Origin: a bacterium
GTDB lineage: Bacteria > BMS3Abin14
Direction: 5' to 3'
Length of the DNA: 64,000 nt
NCBI GenBank assembly: GCA_029210965.1
Contig: JARGFZ010000007.1
Location: 27,052-91,051 of the forward strand
The position numbers and the translations under genes were made by a program. Shown here piece by piece: positions 9,099 to 18,882 of the stretch; position 1 is the first letter of the stretch; every line of letters begins with the position of its first letter. Below the pieces are notes generated by a model. It was not told where the DNA came from and did not search any database. It saw nothing but the letters and a program-made list of their open reading frames with translations.

Positions 9099-9434
9099 AT
9101 CTAAATGTACCAGATGTTCAGAAGAAAAGCGGACCCCCTCTTCCTTTTTATCCCGTTCCTTCCCTATCTACGCCCCCACCTCTGCAAGTAGAACATAACG
9201 GGGAACAGGAAAGCGGTTCCCAACATCTACAGGGTTCGGTTGCTGAAGGGGACGATCTCCAACAGCCAGGGCTCGCGGTAGTTGGGAGGCAAGGCTACGA
9301 GAGGGAAGAACTCCCAGGTCAGATAAGGGTAGAAAACCTTCATGGCCGCGATTCCGTCTGGTGCGTAGGTCTATTTGATGTTGTATTTTACCAGAGTCGA
9401 AGTTCTCCGTGGTAAGAGATGGCGGTGGTAAGGT

Positions 9435-10355
9435 TCACTCTATTCCCTTGTGCAGGAGGCGCCACAGCCTGTTTTCCATTGCCCCCAAAAGTGCTCTGGG
9501 CTGAATAGCGAACCGCCTGGCCTTGTAATAATATCTGAGGAACGCCCGGTCTAAAAGGTTTCGGTCGCGTCCCGTGAAATCCCGGAACACAGCGTTCACT
9601 TCTTCCCCCCGATGGCGGCCCACTTCTCCGGACCCCGTGAGCCCTTCGCTGTGAACCCTGAAAGCGGAAAGGAAATCCGGGATCCGTCTGGAGTTGGCAC
9701 CCGCCGCATGCATCCTGTAAAAAAGGTCGTAATCCATGGCGTATCGGTAGAGTTTCAGGCCACCGATCCTGTGAAACAGATCAGTCCTCCAAAGGGCGGA
9801 CTGCTGATGGATGATGATGTTGATCTCGTAGATGAAATCCCGGATGTCGAAATCGATTGTGTGCACACGTTTGGTGACTCGATCATCCACGTCCACTTCA
9901 ACCTGATCGCCGTAGACGAGGTCGGTTTCGGGATCATCCATGAAAGCCCGGGCCATTTTATACAGAGCGCCGGGGAGGAGGAGGTCGTCGGAGTTGATCC
10001 ACGTCATACAGGCGCCGGTGGCCTTACCTGCACCCTGGTTGATGGCGTCGCTCTGCCCGCGATCGGGTAAGGTATGCCAGTAGGCGAGGCGTCTTTCATA
10101 TTTCCTGATGATGTCGACGCTGCCGTCGGTGGAACCGCCATCGATGACGATGTGTTCAAGGTTAGGATAGTCCTGGTTGTGGATGGAAAGGATGGTCCTC
10201 TCCAGAAAAGCGGCCTGATTGTAGGATGGAGTGATGACCGAGATCCTTGGCCACGCAGCGTCGGATTTAGGAGAAGCCTCCGGGTCGAAACGTGGTGATT
10301 TAATGAATTCCCTGATCTCGCGGGTGATCTTCCTGCTGACCGGTAGAAAATCCAT
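9435..10355 (-). CDS. Family 2 glycosyltransferase
   Basis: This is a 306-aa ORF on the minus strand. The GT2 N-terminal signature 'VITPSYNQAAFLERTILSIHNQDYPNLEHIVIDGGSTDGS' and the DxD-type motif 'WINSDDLL' are present. Confidence 0.85.
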   Translation of the reverse strand: MDFLPVSRKITREIREFIKSPRFDPEASPKSDAAWPRISVITPSYNQAAFLERTILSIHNQDYPNLEHIVIDGGSTDGSVDIIRKYERRLAYWHTLPDRGQSDAINQGAGKATGACMTWINSDDLLLPGALYKMARAFMDDPETDLVYGDQVEVDVDDRVTKRVHTIDFDIRDFIYEINIIIHQQSALWRTDLFHRIGGLKLYRYAMDYDLFYRMHAAGANSRRIPDFLSAFRVHSEGLTGSGEVGRHRGEEVNAVFRDFTGRDRNLLDRAFLRYYYKARRFAIQPRALLGAMENRLWRLLHKGIE

Positions 10356-10698
10356 CAGGGTGTATCCAGGCTTTCAATCTTCATGGACATTTTCATCCTT
10401 TCCAGGGTCTTGTCCAAAGGGTGAAGGGAACCAGCAGGACCGCAGTATAATCCGTTGGTTTGTGTTGGTGGAAAATGGACCGCAATGTGGCACTCACCAC
10501 TTTTCACTTCTGCCACCGATAGTGACTATTTTTATGTTGGAAAGGTCAGTTTTGTCGGCTATACTACGAAAAATAGTCATAGTGCTGGTCTGTACCTTAC
10601 CATGTTTCTTTTATATCTGACCCTGATGAGTGGATACGGAAGTATAAGGGAAAGATCGGAAGGCGGTCAACAACGTTACGGATTTTCGAGGTTCATGC

Positions 10699-12645
10699 AT
10701 GTGCGGCATAGGGGGAATCTACCGCAGAGGTCAGATCCCGCCTGCCCACAGTTCCCTTCTGGAGGCTATGGCCGACGCCCTGGCTCACAGGGGACCTGAT
10801 GGCCGAGGGACCTGGAGCGATCCTCCATCTGGCATCGGTTTGTGTCACACGAGACTGGCCGTTCTGGACCTCAGTCCCAGGGGCGCCCAACCCATGACCG
10901 ATGTCGACGGCAGGGGATGGATCGTTTACAACGGTGAGGTTTATAACTATGGTGCGCTCCGGCAGGAACTTGAAGGGCTCGGCTGCCGGTTCATGAGCGA
11001 AACGGACTCTGAGGTGGTCCTTGTAGCCTGCCTTACCTGGGGCGTCGAGGAAGCCCTCGACAAGTTTTTGGGGATGTTCGCCTTTGCTCTCTGGATCCCC
11101 GGAGAATCGGCCCTCTACCTTGTACGTGACCGGATGGGAATCAAGCCTCTCTATTACGGGTGGGCCGGTGATGACCTGGTCTTCGGTTCCGAGTTAAAGG
11201 CCCTTTGTGTTCATCCAGGTTTTACCAGGACAGTAGACCCCAGAGCTCTTGAGCTGTTCCTCATGCTCCAGTATATCCCCTCTCCCGGAACGATCTATAC
11301 CGATGCCCGCAAGCTGCCGCCAGGTCATTTCATACGGCTGGATCCGGAAGGGGAGACTCTGGTGGCCTGGTGGGACCCCTATCATGTCCATAATGAGACT
11401 GAGTGGATGGGAAGCGGATCTGCCGTTCTGGAACTGTCCGGGCTCCTGGACGATTCGGTGCATCGCCGTCTTGTGTCGGACGTTCCACTTGGAGCCTTTC
11501 TGTCCGGGGGGATGGACTCGGGACTGGTGGTCGCCGCCATGGGCAGAACGGGAGTGAGTTCTCCCTCCACCTTCACTGTTTCCTACGCTGAGGACGATTA
11601 CGATGAAGGGCCCATGGCTGCGGATGTGGCCGGATATCTGGGCACCAGGCACCACCAGGTGAAGATCGACAGCCGCACTCTCCTTGACCGGATATTTGAT
11701 CTCCCACAGATCTTCGATGAGCCTCTCAGCGATCCGTCGGCCCTCCCCATGATCGTGCTGTCACGCCTCGCCCGTGAGCACGTCACCGTTATTCTCAGCG
11801 GTGACGGCGGGGATGAACTCTTCGGCGGTTATGACAGGTACCGGGCCGTTGACGGCTACCTGAACCGTTTTGCCGGTTTATCTCCATTCATAAGGCGGTC
11901 TGCCGCCGCCATCATGGCCGGGATCCCCTCAAGGTCCCTGGCCCGAGCCAACAGTTTCCTGAAGAAGGTATCCGGTAGGGCTCCCGTGGAGAATTTCCCG
12001 GGAAAGTGGGAAAAACTCCTCAAGCTTATCGTTCAAAATGACCCTGCCTCAGCCTACCAGACATCCATCGGGATATTTTCGGCCGCCGAAGCCGGTGAGG
12101 CCCTCGGAGGACAAAAAGTTCCCGCCCTTCCGGACGCTTTCCTGTCATGCCTTAACGGGCCATCCAATAGTTCGTTCATACGCCGGATGATGGATCTGGA
12201 CACCAGGACCTTTCTCGCCGATGACGTTCTGGCCAAAGTGGACAGGGCCAGCATGGCATCAGGACTGGAGGTCAGGGTTCCTCTCCTGGATCACAGGATT
12301 GTCCAGTGGAGCAGGAGGGTGGATGATGAAGACCTGTTTGAGGGGAGTCAAGGCAAGGCGCCCCTCAGGCGGTTGGCCCGGAGGGACCTTCCCGCGCATA
12401 TTGCCAACCGGCCGAAGATGGGTTTCACGATGCCCCTGGATTCATGGCTGCGAGGGGAGCTTCGGGAGCTAATTAATCAGTATCTGGGAACAGGTTCGAG
12501 GGTGCTGGAGAACTATTTTGATCTTGGTTATGTGAACCGGCTGGTACGGGAGCACCTGACAGGTCAGAGCAACCATCACGAAAAACTCTGGAACCTCCTC
12601 GTTTTCGCACTGTGGGAAGAAAAGTGGAAACCGGCAGCCGCATAG
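10699..12645 (+). CDS. asnB: Asparagine synthetase B-type glutamine amidotransferase, common in polysaccharide loci
   Basis: The N-terminal 'MCGIGGI' has the class-II glutaminase Cys2. The PP-loop 'SGGMDSG' is present (residues 'FLSGGMDSGLVVAAM'). Confidence 0.88.
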   Translation: MCGIGGIYRRGQIPPAHSSLLEAMADALAHRGPDGRGTWSDPPSGIGLCHTRLAVLDLSPRGAQPMTDVDGRGWIVYNGEVYNYGALRQELEGLGCRFMSETDSEVVLVACLTWGVEEALDKFLGMFAFALWIPGESALYLVRDRMGIKPLYYGWAGDDLVFGSELKALCVHPGFTRTVDPRALELFLMLQYIPSPGTIYTDARKLPPGHFIRLDPEGETLVAWWDPYHVHNETEWMGSGSAVLELSGLLDDSVHRRLVSDVPLGAFLSGGMDSGLVVAAMGRTGVSSPSTFTVSYAEDDYDEGPMAADVAGYLGTRHHQVKIDSRTLLDRIFDLPQIFDEPLSDPSALPMIVLSRLAREHVTVILSGDGGDELFGGYDRYRAVDGYLNRFAGLSPFIRRSAAAIMAGIPSRSLARANSFLKKVSGRAPVENFPGKWEKLLKLIVQNDPASAYQTSIGIFSAAEAGEALGGQKVPALPDAFLSCLNGPSNSSFIRRMMDLDTRTFLADDVLAKVDRASMASGLEVRVPLLDHRIVQWSRRVDDEDLFEGSQGKAPLRRLARRDLPAHIANRPKMGFTMPLDSWLRGELRELINQYLGTGSRVLENYFDLGYVNRLVREHLTGQSNHHEKLWNLLVFALWEEKWKPAAA

Positions 12646-13805
12646 GGGTTCTTCATGTCATCAGCGGCCTTGGTCTGGGAGGAGCCGAGAGGATGCTCGT
12701 GTGGTCAGCCAGATATCACGACCGGAACCTGATCAGGATGGGTGTGGTAAGCCTCATGTCCGGTGGTGAACTTGCCGACGAGATCCTCAGGGAGGATGTT
12801 GAGGTATATGAACTGGGACAGGCCAGGGGCAGGCTATCACCCTCCTCCTTTACCAGACTGATGAACATTACCAAGGAGTTTGATCCCCAGGTCATTCAGG
12901 GGCACATGTATCACTCCAACCTTCTGGTGCGGATCGCGGGCGGGTTGAGACGACAGACAAGGGTGTTGAGCACGAGACATATTGATCTTGCTTCCCCTGC
13001 CAGACGGTTCATAAACGGGGCCACCGGGTTTTTAAACGACGGCACCCTTGTTTTCTCCCAGAAGGTGCTCGATGAGGAAAGAAAGGAGAACCTGTTTCGA
13101 CGCTCCATAAAATTAGTTCAGTACGGGGTCGAGATACCGGATCGTCAAGACGCTGATCGCGAGCCGGGAGAGGCGTTGGAGGACGAGGGAAGGGGCGAAC
13201 TGAGAGAGGACCTGAAAATCCCCCCGGATGCTTTTGTCTGGACGGCAGTGGGCCGGCTATCAAGGCAGAAGGGTTTTGCCTGTCTGATCGATGCTTTTTC
13301 CAAAATAGAGAACCTCGGTGAGGGCTCCTTCCTGCTCATCGTAGGTGATGGAGAGGACAGGGGAATGCTGGAGGACCGGGCAAGGGAGAAAGGGGTAGAC
13401 CAAAGGGTTATCTTCGCCGGGTTCAGGCCTGATACGATGCCCCTTCTGGGCATTTCCGATGCTTTCGTCCTGTCGTCCCTGTGGGAGGGAGGTCCTCTGG
13501 TGATCCTGGAGGCTATGGCCGCCGGTCTTCCCGTTGTATCAACGCGGGTCGGGGATGCTGCATCCATGGTGACGGAAGGTGTGACCGGCACCCTGGTGGA
13601 ACCAGGGGATGCCGGACAGCTTGCCGAGGCCATGAACCAGGTCCAGAGTATGGGGTCTGACATCCGTGAGTGGGGCCTCAGGGGGCGCCGCAGGGTTGAG
13701 GAACATTATGATTTCAGGCGTGTGCAAGGGGAGATGGAAACCTACTATCAGGAGCTTGCCGGTGTCACCGGGCCGGTACAGAAACGGGGGATCAGTCCTG
13801 GATGA
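12612..13805 (+). CDS. Family 1 (GT4-type) glycosyltransferase
   Basis: It has the GT-B fold signature 'VLSSLWEGGPLVILEAMAAGLPVVSTRVGD', an E-X7-E-like motif. The start overlaps the asnB 3' end, so the true start may be a downstream GTG or ATG. Confidence 0.85.
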   Translation: MGRKVETGSRIGVLHVISGLGLGGAERMLVWSARYHDRNLIRMGVVSLMSGGELADEILREDVEVYELGQARGRLSPSSFTRLMNITKEFDPQVIQGHMYHSNLLVRIAGGLRRQTRVLSTRHIDLASPARRFINGATGFLNDGTLVFSQKVLDEERKENLFRRSIKLVQYGVEIPDRQDADREPGEALEDEGRGELREDLKIPPDAFVWTAVGRLSRQKGFACLIDAFSKIENLGEGSFLLIVGDGEDRGMLEDRAREKGVDQRVIFAGFRPDTMPLLGISDAFVLSSLWEGGPLVILEAMAAGLPVVSTRVGDAASMVTEGVTGTLVEPGDAGQLAEAMNQVQSMGSDIREWGLRGRRRVEEHYDFRRVQGEMETYYQELAGVTGPVQKRGISPG

Positions 13806-14800
13806 TTATTAAATACACCTTCACCTTTATCGTTTCTCTGGGCGCCGTTCTTGCTCTCACGCCATGGATGGCAAGGACTGCCAAAGACATCGGGATCGTT
13901 GACAGACCGGACGGAGATTTGAAAAATCATCCTGAACCCGTACCCTACATGGGGGGGCTTGCCGTTTTCGTGGCATTTCTTATTGGCTTTTCTCTCTTCT
14001 ACGAACTGGACAAGCAGATGCTTGCCATATTGCTGGGAGGAACCCTTATCGTGCTCCTGGGTTTTTTAGACGATATCGGGAACCTGGGGCCCGCCACCAA
14101 ACTTCTGGGACAGGTTCTTGCGGTCCTCATCGTAATGAAGGCGGGTATAGCCATCAAGATAGTCTTCCTTCCTCTTTATATTACATATCCGCTGTCTTTC
14201 CTCTGGCTCATGGGGATGACCAACGCCTTTAACATTATCGACATCATGGACGGCCTCTCCTCGGGCGTGGGCGCGATAGCATGTGTCTTCCTCTTCATCG
14301 TGGCACTTTCCTCGGGACAGGCAGGTGTAGCCCAAATGGTCCTTGCTCTCATGGGCGCACTCATCGGTTTCCTCAGGTTCAATTATCACCCGGCCAGAAT
14401 ATATCTGGGTGATGCCGGCAGTTTGTTCATCGGTTTCATGCTGGGTGCTCTGGGAATGGTGGGGATATATGCCAGAGTGAACCCCGTGGCTGTTTTAGCT
14501 CCCATATTCATTCTGGGGGTGCCTGTTTTCGACACCCTTTTTGTCATGATGGTTCGGTGGAAGCGCGGGCTTAATCCTCTGAAGGGGAGCCCGGACCACT
14601 TTGCCCTGCGGCTCCGGAGGTGGCGCCTTACAGTGTCTCAGACAGTTATTTTGAGTTACGGGGTCTCATTTTTAATGGGAACTGTAGCTTTGATCATGGT
14701 GTACGGTAATGAACAGACCGCTGTCGGCGCTCTGCTTACAGTAAGCCTTGGCATGATGCTGTCGGCCCTGTGGTTGTGGAAGATAGACGGAAACCTTTAA
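13802..14800 (+). CDS. Polyprenyl-phosphate sugar-1-phosphate transferase (WecA/MraY-like), an initiating glycosyltransferase
   Basis: There are 10-11 TM segments. The N-terminal motif 'DIGIVDRPDGDLKNHPEPVPYMGG' and the 'NAFNIIDIMDGL' DD-type motif are typical of WecA/WbpL/MraY. Confidence 0.85.
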   Translation: MIIKYTFTFIVSLGAVLALTPWMARTAKDIGIVDRPDGDLKNHPEPVPYMGGLAVFVAFLIGFSLFYELDKQMLAILLGGTLIVLLGFLDDIGNLGPATKLLGQVLAVLIVMKAGIAIKIVFLPLYITYPLSFLWLMGMTNAFNIIDIMDGLSSGVGAIACVFLFIVALSSGQAGVAQMVLALMGALIGFLRFNYHPARIYLGDAGSLFIGFMLGALGMVGIYARVNPVAVLAPIFILGVPVFDTLFVMMVRWKRGLNPLKGSPDHFALRLRRWRLTVSQTVILSYGVSFLMGTVALIMVYGNEQTAVGALLTVSLGMMLSALWLWKIDGNL

Positions 14801-14801
14801 C

Positions 14802-14966
14802 GTTTGACAGGGTCGCAAAAAGTCCGATCCGGGACTTTTTGCTCCACGGAAAGGGAAAAGCGTCGTTTTCCCTTTCCTCACAGATCAATGACTTACGGTG
14901 TAAGTCATTGATCCGGGCGCCCCGCGTGGGGCGCGTTGATGACTTTTTGCGAAGTCATCAACGTTT
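14802..14966 (+). repeat. Copy 2 of the roughly 165-bp multi-hairpin repeat element
   Basis: It aligns end to end with 8867..9029 and begins 1 nt after the stop of the WecA-like gene. Hairpin stems are conserved, while loops and some stem positions carry paired substitutions. Confidence 0.75.
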
Positions 14967-14973
14967 AGGAGGA

Positions 14974-16977
14974 ATGATCCTGTCTGTGGATGATAGCAGC
15001 CGCCAAAAGTTAAGGAGTTTTTCCAGCCCGGTAGTCCTGGCCGCCCTTATCCTCCTACTCCTTGTAGTGGGAAAGGAGGTCATGTTCCCGGTGAGGGTCA
15101 TGGTGTGGCACGTTAGTGCCCTCTTGTGGTGGTTGACCGTCTCGGCTGCCTGTCTGGGGCAGGGTGCCTTTTGGTTCAAGGTGCTGGGGGGTGAAAAGCT
15201 GTTACTGCCTCCGGGTATGGTCATCAGCGTCATTATGGGGCTCGGTCTGGGGGCCATGTCGATGGAAGTTCTGGTATTGGCCGCATTGGGGCTCATGAAC
15301 ACACCCGCTCTGACGATACTGGTTCTCCTGGTCCTCATCCAGTCAATGCTTTTCGGAAGAAAGTTCGTATTTGCAGCTGTTAGAAGCGCGTCGCGGGACG
15401 CTTCCCGGCGGGCAAAGGAGGCTGTCCTTCCCCTTGGGATGGTCCTTATTTCCGCTGTGATCTCCTTTCCAATTGTCCTGGTGCCTACAAGGGCTTTCGA
15501 CGCCCTGAGTTATCATCTCGAGGTGCCGCTTCGTTTTCTCCAGGCTGGCGGTATGGTCAACATTCCCGAGAACCTCTACTCCTATTCACCACTCCTGACC
15601 CAGATGCTTTACGGACTGGGGATGGGACTTGTGGGTGCTGATCTTGCCGGTCTTTTTTATTACCTGTTTTTTATCCTTACTATCTGGACGATCTGGAGCG
15701 GTGGCGAAAAACTTTTCGGCAACCTGGGGGCCGCCTGGGCTGCGGCTCTCCTGGCGCTTACCCCCGTATTCCTGGTGGAGGTTCCCCAGACCGGCGCCGA
15801 CTGGTCCATGACCTTTTTCCTGCTTGCGGCCCTGTTCCTGGTCACTCGCGAGGAACGGGACGTAAAGCAAATGGTCCTGGCCGGGATCCTGGCAGGGATG
15901 GCGGCGGGCTGTCGCCATCAGGCGCTGGGCTATGCCATTGTCCTGATCCCCGCAGCCGGTCTCGCTACGGATCTTTTCAAAAGACGTACCGGTATTATAA
16001 GATGTTGGTCAGTTTTCGTGCTGTCTTCAATGGTTTCAACGGCTCCGTGGTACCTGAAAAACCTGGTCCAGACCGGCGACCCCCTCTACCCGCTTCTAAG
16101 TTCCATAACAGGAAAACTTGGCCACAACATTGACTTCGTGGATTCCTTTGTAGGTTCAAGGTCCACAGATCTTCTCTGGTCCTGGATAATGGTGCCCTAC
16201 CAGGCTACCTTCGATCCGATGAGGCTGAGCATGACCGCTACTATCGGGATCCTGCCCATCGCCCTCGTCTTGCTGCTGCCGTTTGTTAAAAAGAAACAAG
16301 GTGGCAGTGCCTTTCTTCTGCTCTGGGTTCTGCTGTCTTTTGTCGCGTGGCACCTGACTTTCCGAACTTTCCGTTACGCCATGCCGATGATGGTCGTGGG
16401 CTATCTCTGGCTGGGTGCGCTCCTTGCCCACATTGCCCGTGGAAATGGTTTCAGGGCGAATGTTTTGAAGGTTGTTGTTTCCGTTTCCCTTATCGCCAAT
16501 GCAGGGGTGTTTCTGGGACTTTTCGATTACACAAATAAAAGCATAGATGCCGCCCTGGGAACCAGGTCTCCCGAGCGGTACCTCACGGAGACATATGAGA
16601 TCTATCCGGCCATAAATTTCCTGAACCGGATCGATCCGCCGCCTGGCAGGGTTCTTTTTCTCGGTGAAATGAGGGGGTTTTATTCAAGATTTTCCAGGGA
16701 AGTGCCGTCCCACAACGCTCCCAACCGTCTCCTGGAAATGGTTAAACGGGGTGAATACCCCGAGCAAATGGTACAGGAACTCAAGAATGCCGGGTTTACC
16801 CACATCCTCTTTAACCCCGCGGAGTGGGAGAGAATGGCCTACGGGAACCGGAACGCCCCGCTGTGGGTACTCACGGCTCTGGAAAAAGAGGCACTTGATT
16901 CCATGTTAAGGGGGCAGACGGACCGTGTCTTCGCCGCCAACGGGGTCAGTGTTTACAGGATCCGAAATGAGTATTGA
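14974..16977 (+). CDS. Large polytopic membrane protein, paralog A; GT-C-like or uncharacterized transmembrane glycosyltransferase candidate
   Basis: The track ORF 14770..16977 starts inside the repeat element. I place the start at the ATG at 14974, just after AGGAGG, although the spacing is short and this is uncertain. The N-terminal two-thirds has roughly 12-14 TM helices, and a soluble domain of about 200 aa follows. It shares conserved blocks with the next gene ('F(F)DA(M/L)(T/S)YHLE', 'YPAINFLNRIDPPPGRVLFLGEMRGFYSRFSREV', 'AGFTHILFN'). Confidence 0.55.
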   Translation: MILSVDDSSRQKLRSFSSPVVLAALILLLLVVGKEVMFPVRVMVWHVSALLWWLTVSAACLGQGAFWFKVLGGEKLLLPPGMVISVIMGLGLGAMSMEVLVLAALGLMNTPALTILVLLVLIQSMLFGRKFVFAAVRSASRDASRRAKEAVLPLGMVLISAVISFPIVLVPTRAFDALSYHLEVPLRFLQAGGMVNIPENLYSYSPLLTQMLYGLGMGLVGADLAGLFYYLFFILTIWTIWSGGEKLFGNLGAAWAAALLALTPVFLVEVPQTGADWSMTFFLLAALFLVTREERDVKQMVLAGILAGMAAGCRHQALGYAIVLIPAAGLATDLFKRRTGIIRCWSVFVLSSMVSTAPWYLKNLVQTGDPLYPLLSSITGKLGHNIDFVDSFVGSRSTDLLWSWIMVPYQATFDPMRLSMTATIGILPIALVLLLPFVKKKQGGSAFLLLWVLLSFVAWHLTFRTFRYAMPMMVVGYLWLGALLAHIARGNGFRANVLKVVVSVSLIANAGVFLGLFDYTNKSIDAALGTRSPERYLTETYEIYPAINFLNRIDPPPGRVLFLGEMRGFYSRFSREVPSHNAPNRLLEMVKRGEYPEQMVQELKNAGFTHILFNPAEWERMAYGNRNAPLWVLTALEKEALDSMLRGQTDRVFAANGVSVYRIRNEY

Positions 16978-17022
16978 TCCTGTCATCCTTGCCTTGCTGG
17001 CTTCCAGGACGATGGAGTCCCT

Positions 17023-18882
17023 GTGGGGCCTTTGAGCGCCTACCTGTGGTGGATCGTCATTCTGGCTGTGTCATGGGGTCAGGGGGCACTCCTGCTGCGT
17101 GTATTGTATTCTGAAGGTCCGAAGGGCGAACGTGAAATGAGGCCAGCTCTGGTCATCGGACTGGGTCTGGGAGCCCTGTCTCTGGAGATATTTCTTCTGG
17201 GGCTGGCCGGGTTTTATAATACGCAGGCCATTACCGCTCTGGTCCTTGCAGTCCTGGTCGCCGTTGCGCCTGTCCTGAGGAAGGATATCGTCCGTATCCT
17301 CCCCGGAGTCACGCCCGGGGTCCAGAAGTTCGGTCCCGGAACAAGGATCCCTCTTATCCTGATAAGTATCGCCGGCCTCGTTAACCTCCTGTTTACACTC
17401 GTTCCCCCGGTTTTTTTCGATGCCATGACATATCACCTGGAACTGCCCTCCCGTTACCTTTTGGAGGGCAAGGTATTTCACGTATCCGAAAACCTGTATT
17501 CCGGTTATCCCCAGATAGCCGAGATCCTTTTCGGGGCCGGGATGGCCCTTGACGGTCTTGACCTGGCGGGAATGATCTCTATGACTTTCCTTCTCCTTAC
17601 CATTCTCCTTCTGTGGGAATGGGGGAAGGAACGGTTCGGGGAAGCGGGAACGGCCTGGGGCATCGCCCTCCTGGTCCTGACACCCCCTCTCATGGTCATT
17701 GCGGGGTTCTTTGAGAACGACTGGGCCGCCGCGTTCTTTACGCTTGCGACCCTTGCCATCCTTGCTGAAGGGGATCGAAGACCGGCGAGCATGGTGCTGG
17801 CAGGCTGCATGGCCGGCTTGGCCACTGGCTGCAAATACAATGCCCTGGCTTTCGCTCTGGCCGCTCCCCTGGCTGCGGGGATCTGGGACGACCTCAGGGA
17901 AAAGAGGGGCCTCCATTCAGTTCCATGGGGGATCTTCCTCTTGTCCGCCCTGGTTGTGGTCTCCCCCTGGTACCTGAAGAACCTCCTTTTTACAGGTGAT
18001 CCCCTCTATCCTCTTCTCGCGGGATTTGCCGGGAAGGTCCCTGGCCTTAAGATCCTTGCGGCCGACACGCATTACCATACTATTTCCATTAAGGATATCT
18101 GGACATGGGCCCTTGTTCCCTACTTCGCTGTGTTCAAACCCTGGAGCTTGCAGTTCCCCATGTCTATCGGTAGGCTCCCCGTGGTGCTTTTACTGACCCT
18201 GCCTTGGCTCAAGGGCAGCCGGACCGGGAACAGGTTTCTCGGTACCTGGGCCCTGCTTTTCTTCGTGGCCTGGTACTTCTCTTTCAGATCTGGACGGTTT
18301 CTGATCCCTCTGCTGGCTGTCGCGTTCCTTTATATGGGTACCGGTTTTGCGCGTGTCCTGGCAGTTGATTCAATCTGGAGCAGACTCTTGAAGGCGTTCG
18401 CTGTTATCATGCTGCTGGCCAACGTGTGGATTTTCCTTGATTTCGACGCCGGGTACGCTAACCGGGCCGGGATCGCTTTCGGGATGACGAAGGATAAGGA
18501 ATACCTTTCCAGTAACTATCCCCTGTACCCTGCCATTAATTATCTAAACAACCTCGACCCGCAGCCGGGCAAGGTCCTTTTTTTGGGGGAAATGAAGGGT
18601 TTCTACTCCAACTTTTCCAGGGAGGTTGCCACTTTCGAAATGCCGCATAGGCTCATTGAAATGGTAAAGGACGGCAGGACATCGAATGAAATGGCGAATG
18701 AGCTTTCCAGGGCCGGATTCACCCACATCCTTTTCAACACCTGGGAAATGAAAAGGCTTGCGGCAAAGTCTCCTTTCCTGAGGATCGATGATGAGGCGGC
18801 ATCCATGTTGACCCGGTTCCTGTCCGACCAGGCTGATATCGCGTTCGAGGAGAAAGGGATATATGTCTTTACCCTCCGCTAA
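17023..18882 (+). CDS. Large polytopic membrane protein, paralog B, a tandem duplicate of 14974..16977
   Basis: This 619-aa protein has the same architecture and motif blocks ('FFDAMTYHLELPSRYL', 'YPAINYLNNLDPQPGKVLFLGEMKGFYSNFSREV', 'AGFTHILFN'). Confidence 0.55.
   Translation: MGPLSAYLWWIVILAVSWGQGALLLRVLYSEGPKGEREMRPALVIGLGLGALSLEIFLLGLAGFYNTQAITALVLAVLVAVAPVLRKDIVRILPGVTPGVQKFGPGTRIPLILISIAGLVNLLFTLVPPVFFDAMTYHLELPSRYLLEGKVFHVSENLYSGYPQIAEILFGAGMALDGLDLAGMISMTFLLLTILLLWEWGKERFGEAGTAWGIALLVLTPPLMVIAGFFENDWAAAFFTLATLAILAEGDRRPASMVLAGCMAGLATGCKYNALAFALAAPLAAGIWDDLREKRGLHSVPWGIFLLSALVVVSPWYLKNLLFTGDPLYPLLAGFAGKVPGLKILAADTHYHTISIKDIWTWALVPYFAVFKPWSLQFPMSIGRLPVVLLLTLPWLKGSRTGNRFLGTWALLFFVAWYFSFRSGRFLIPLLAVAFLYMGTGFARVLAVDSIWSRLLKAFAVIMLLANVWIFLDFDAGYANRAGIAFGMTKDKEYLSSNYPLYPAINYLNNLDPQPGKVLFLGEMKGFYSNFSREVATFEMPHRLIEMVKDGRTSNEMANELSRAGFTHILFNTWEMKRLAAKSPFLRIDDEAASMLTRFLSDQADIAFEEKGIYVFTLR

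Noticed and set aside
8903-9415. 170-aa + strand ORF starting inside repeat-element copy 1
   Set aside because: It begins within the structured repeat and runs through the terminator hairpin. It has Pro/Ser-rich low complexity and no ribosome-binding site. The region is most likely non-coding, though about 330 bp from 9100 to 9434 remain unexplained.
10480-10500. TGGCAC motif ('TGGCACTCACCACTTTTC') as a sigma-54 promoter
   Set aside because: The -24 element is present but the -12 GC is missing (ACTT instead of TTGC). It is probably a chance TGGCAC.
17071-17916. 281-aa minus-strand ORF antisense to membrane paralog B
   Set aside because: It is Arg/Gly/Pro/Gln-rich and low-complexity, overlapping a conserved paralog pair on the + strand.
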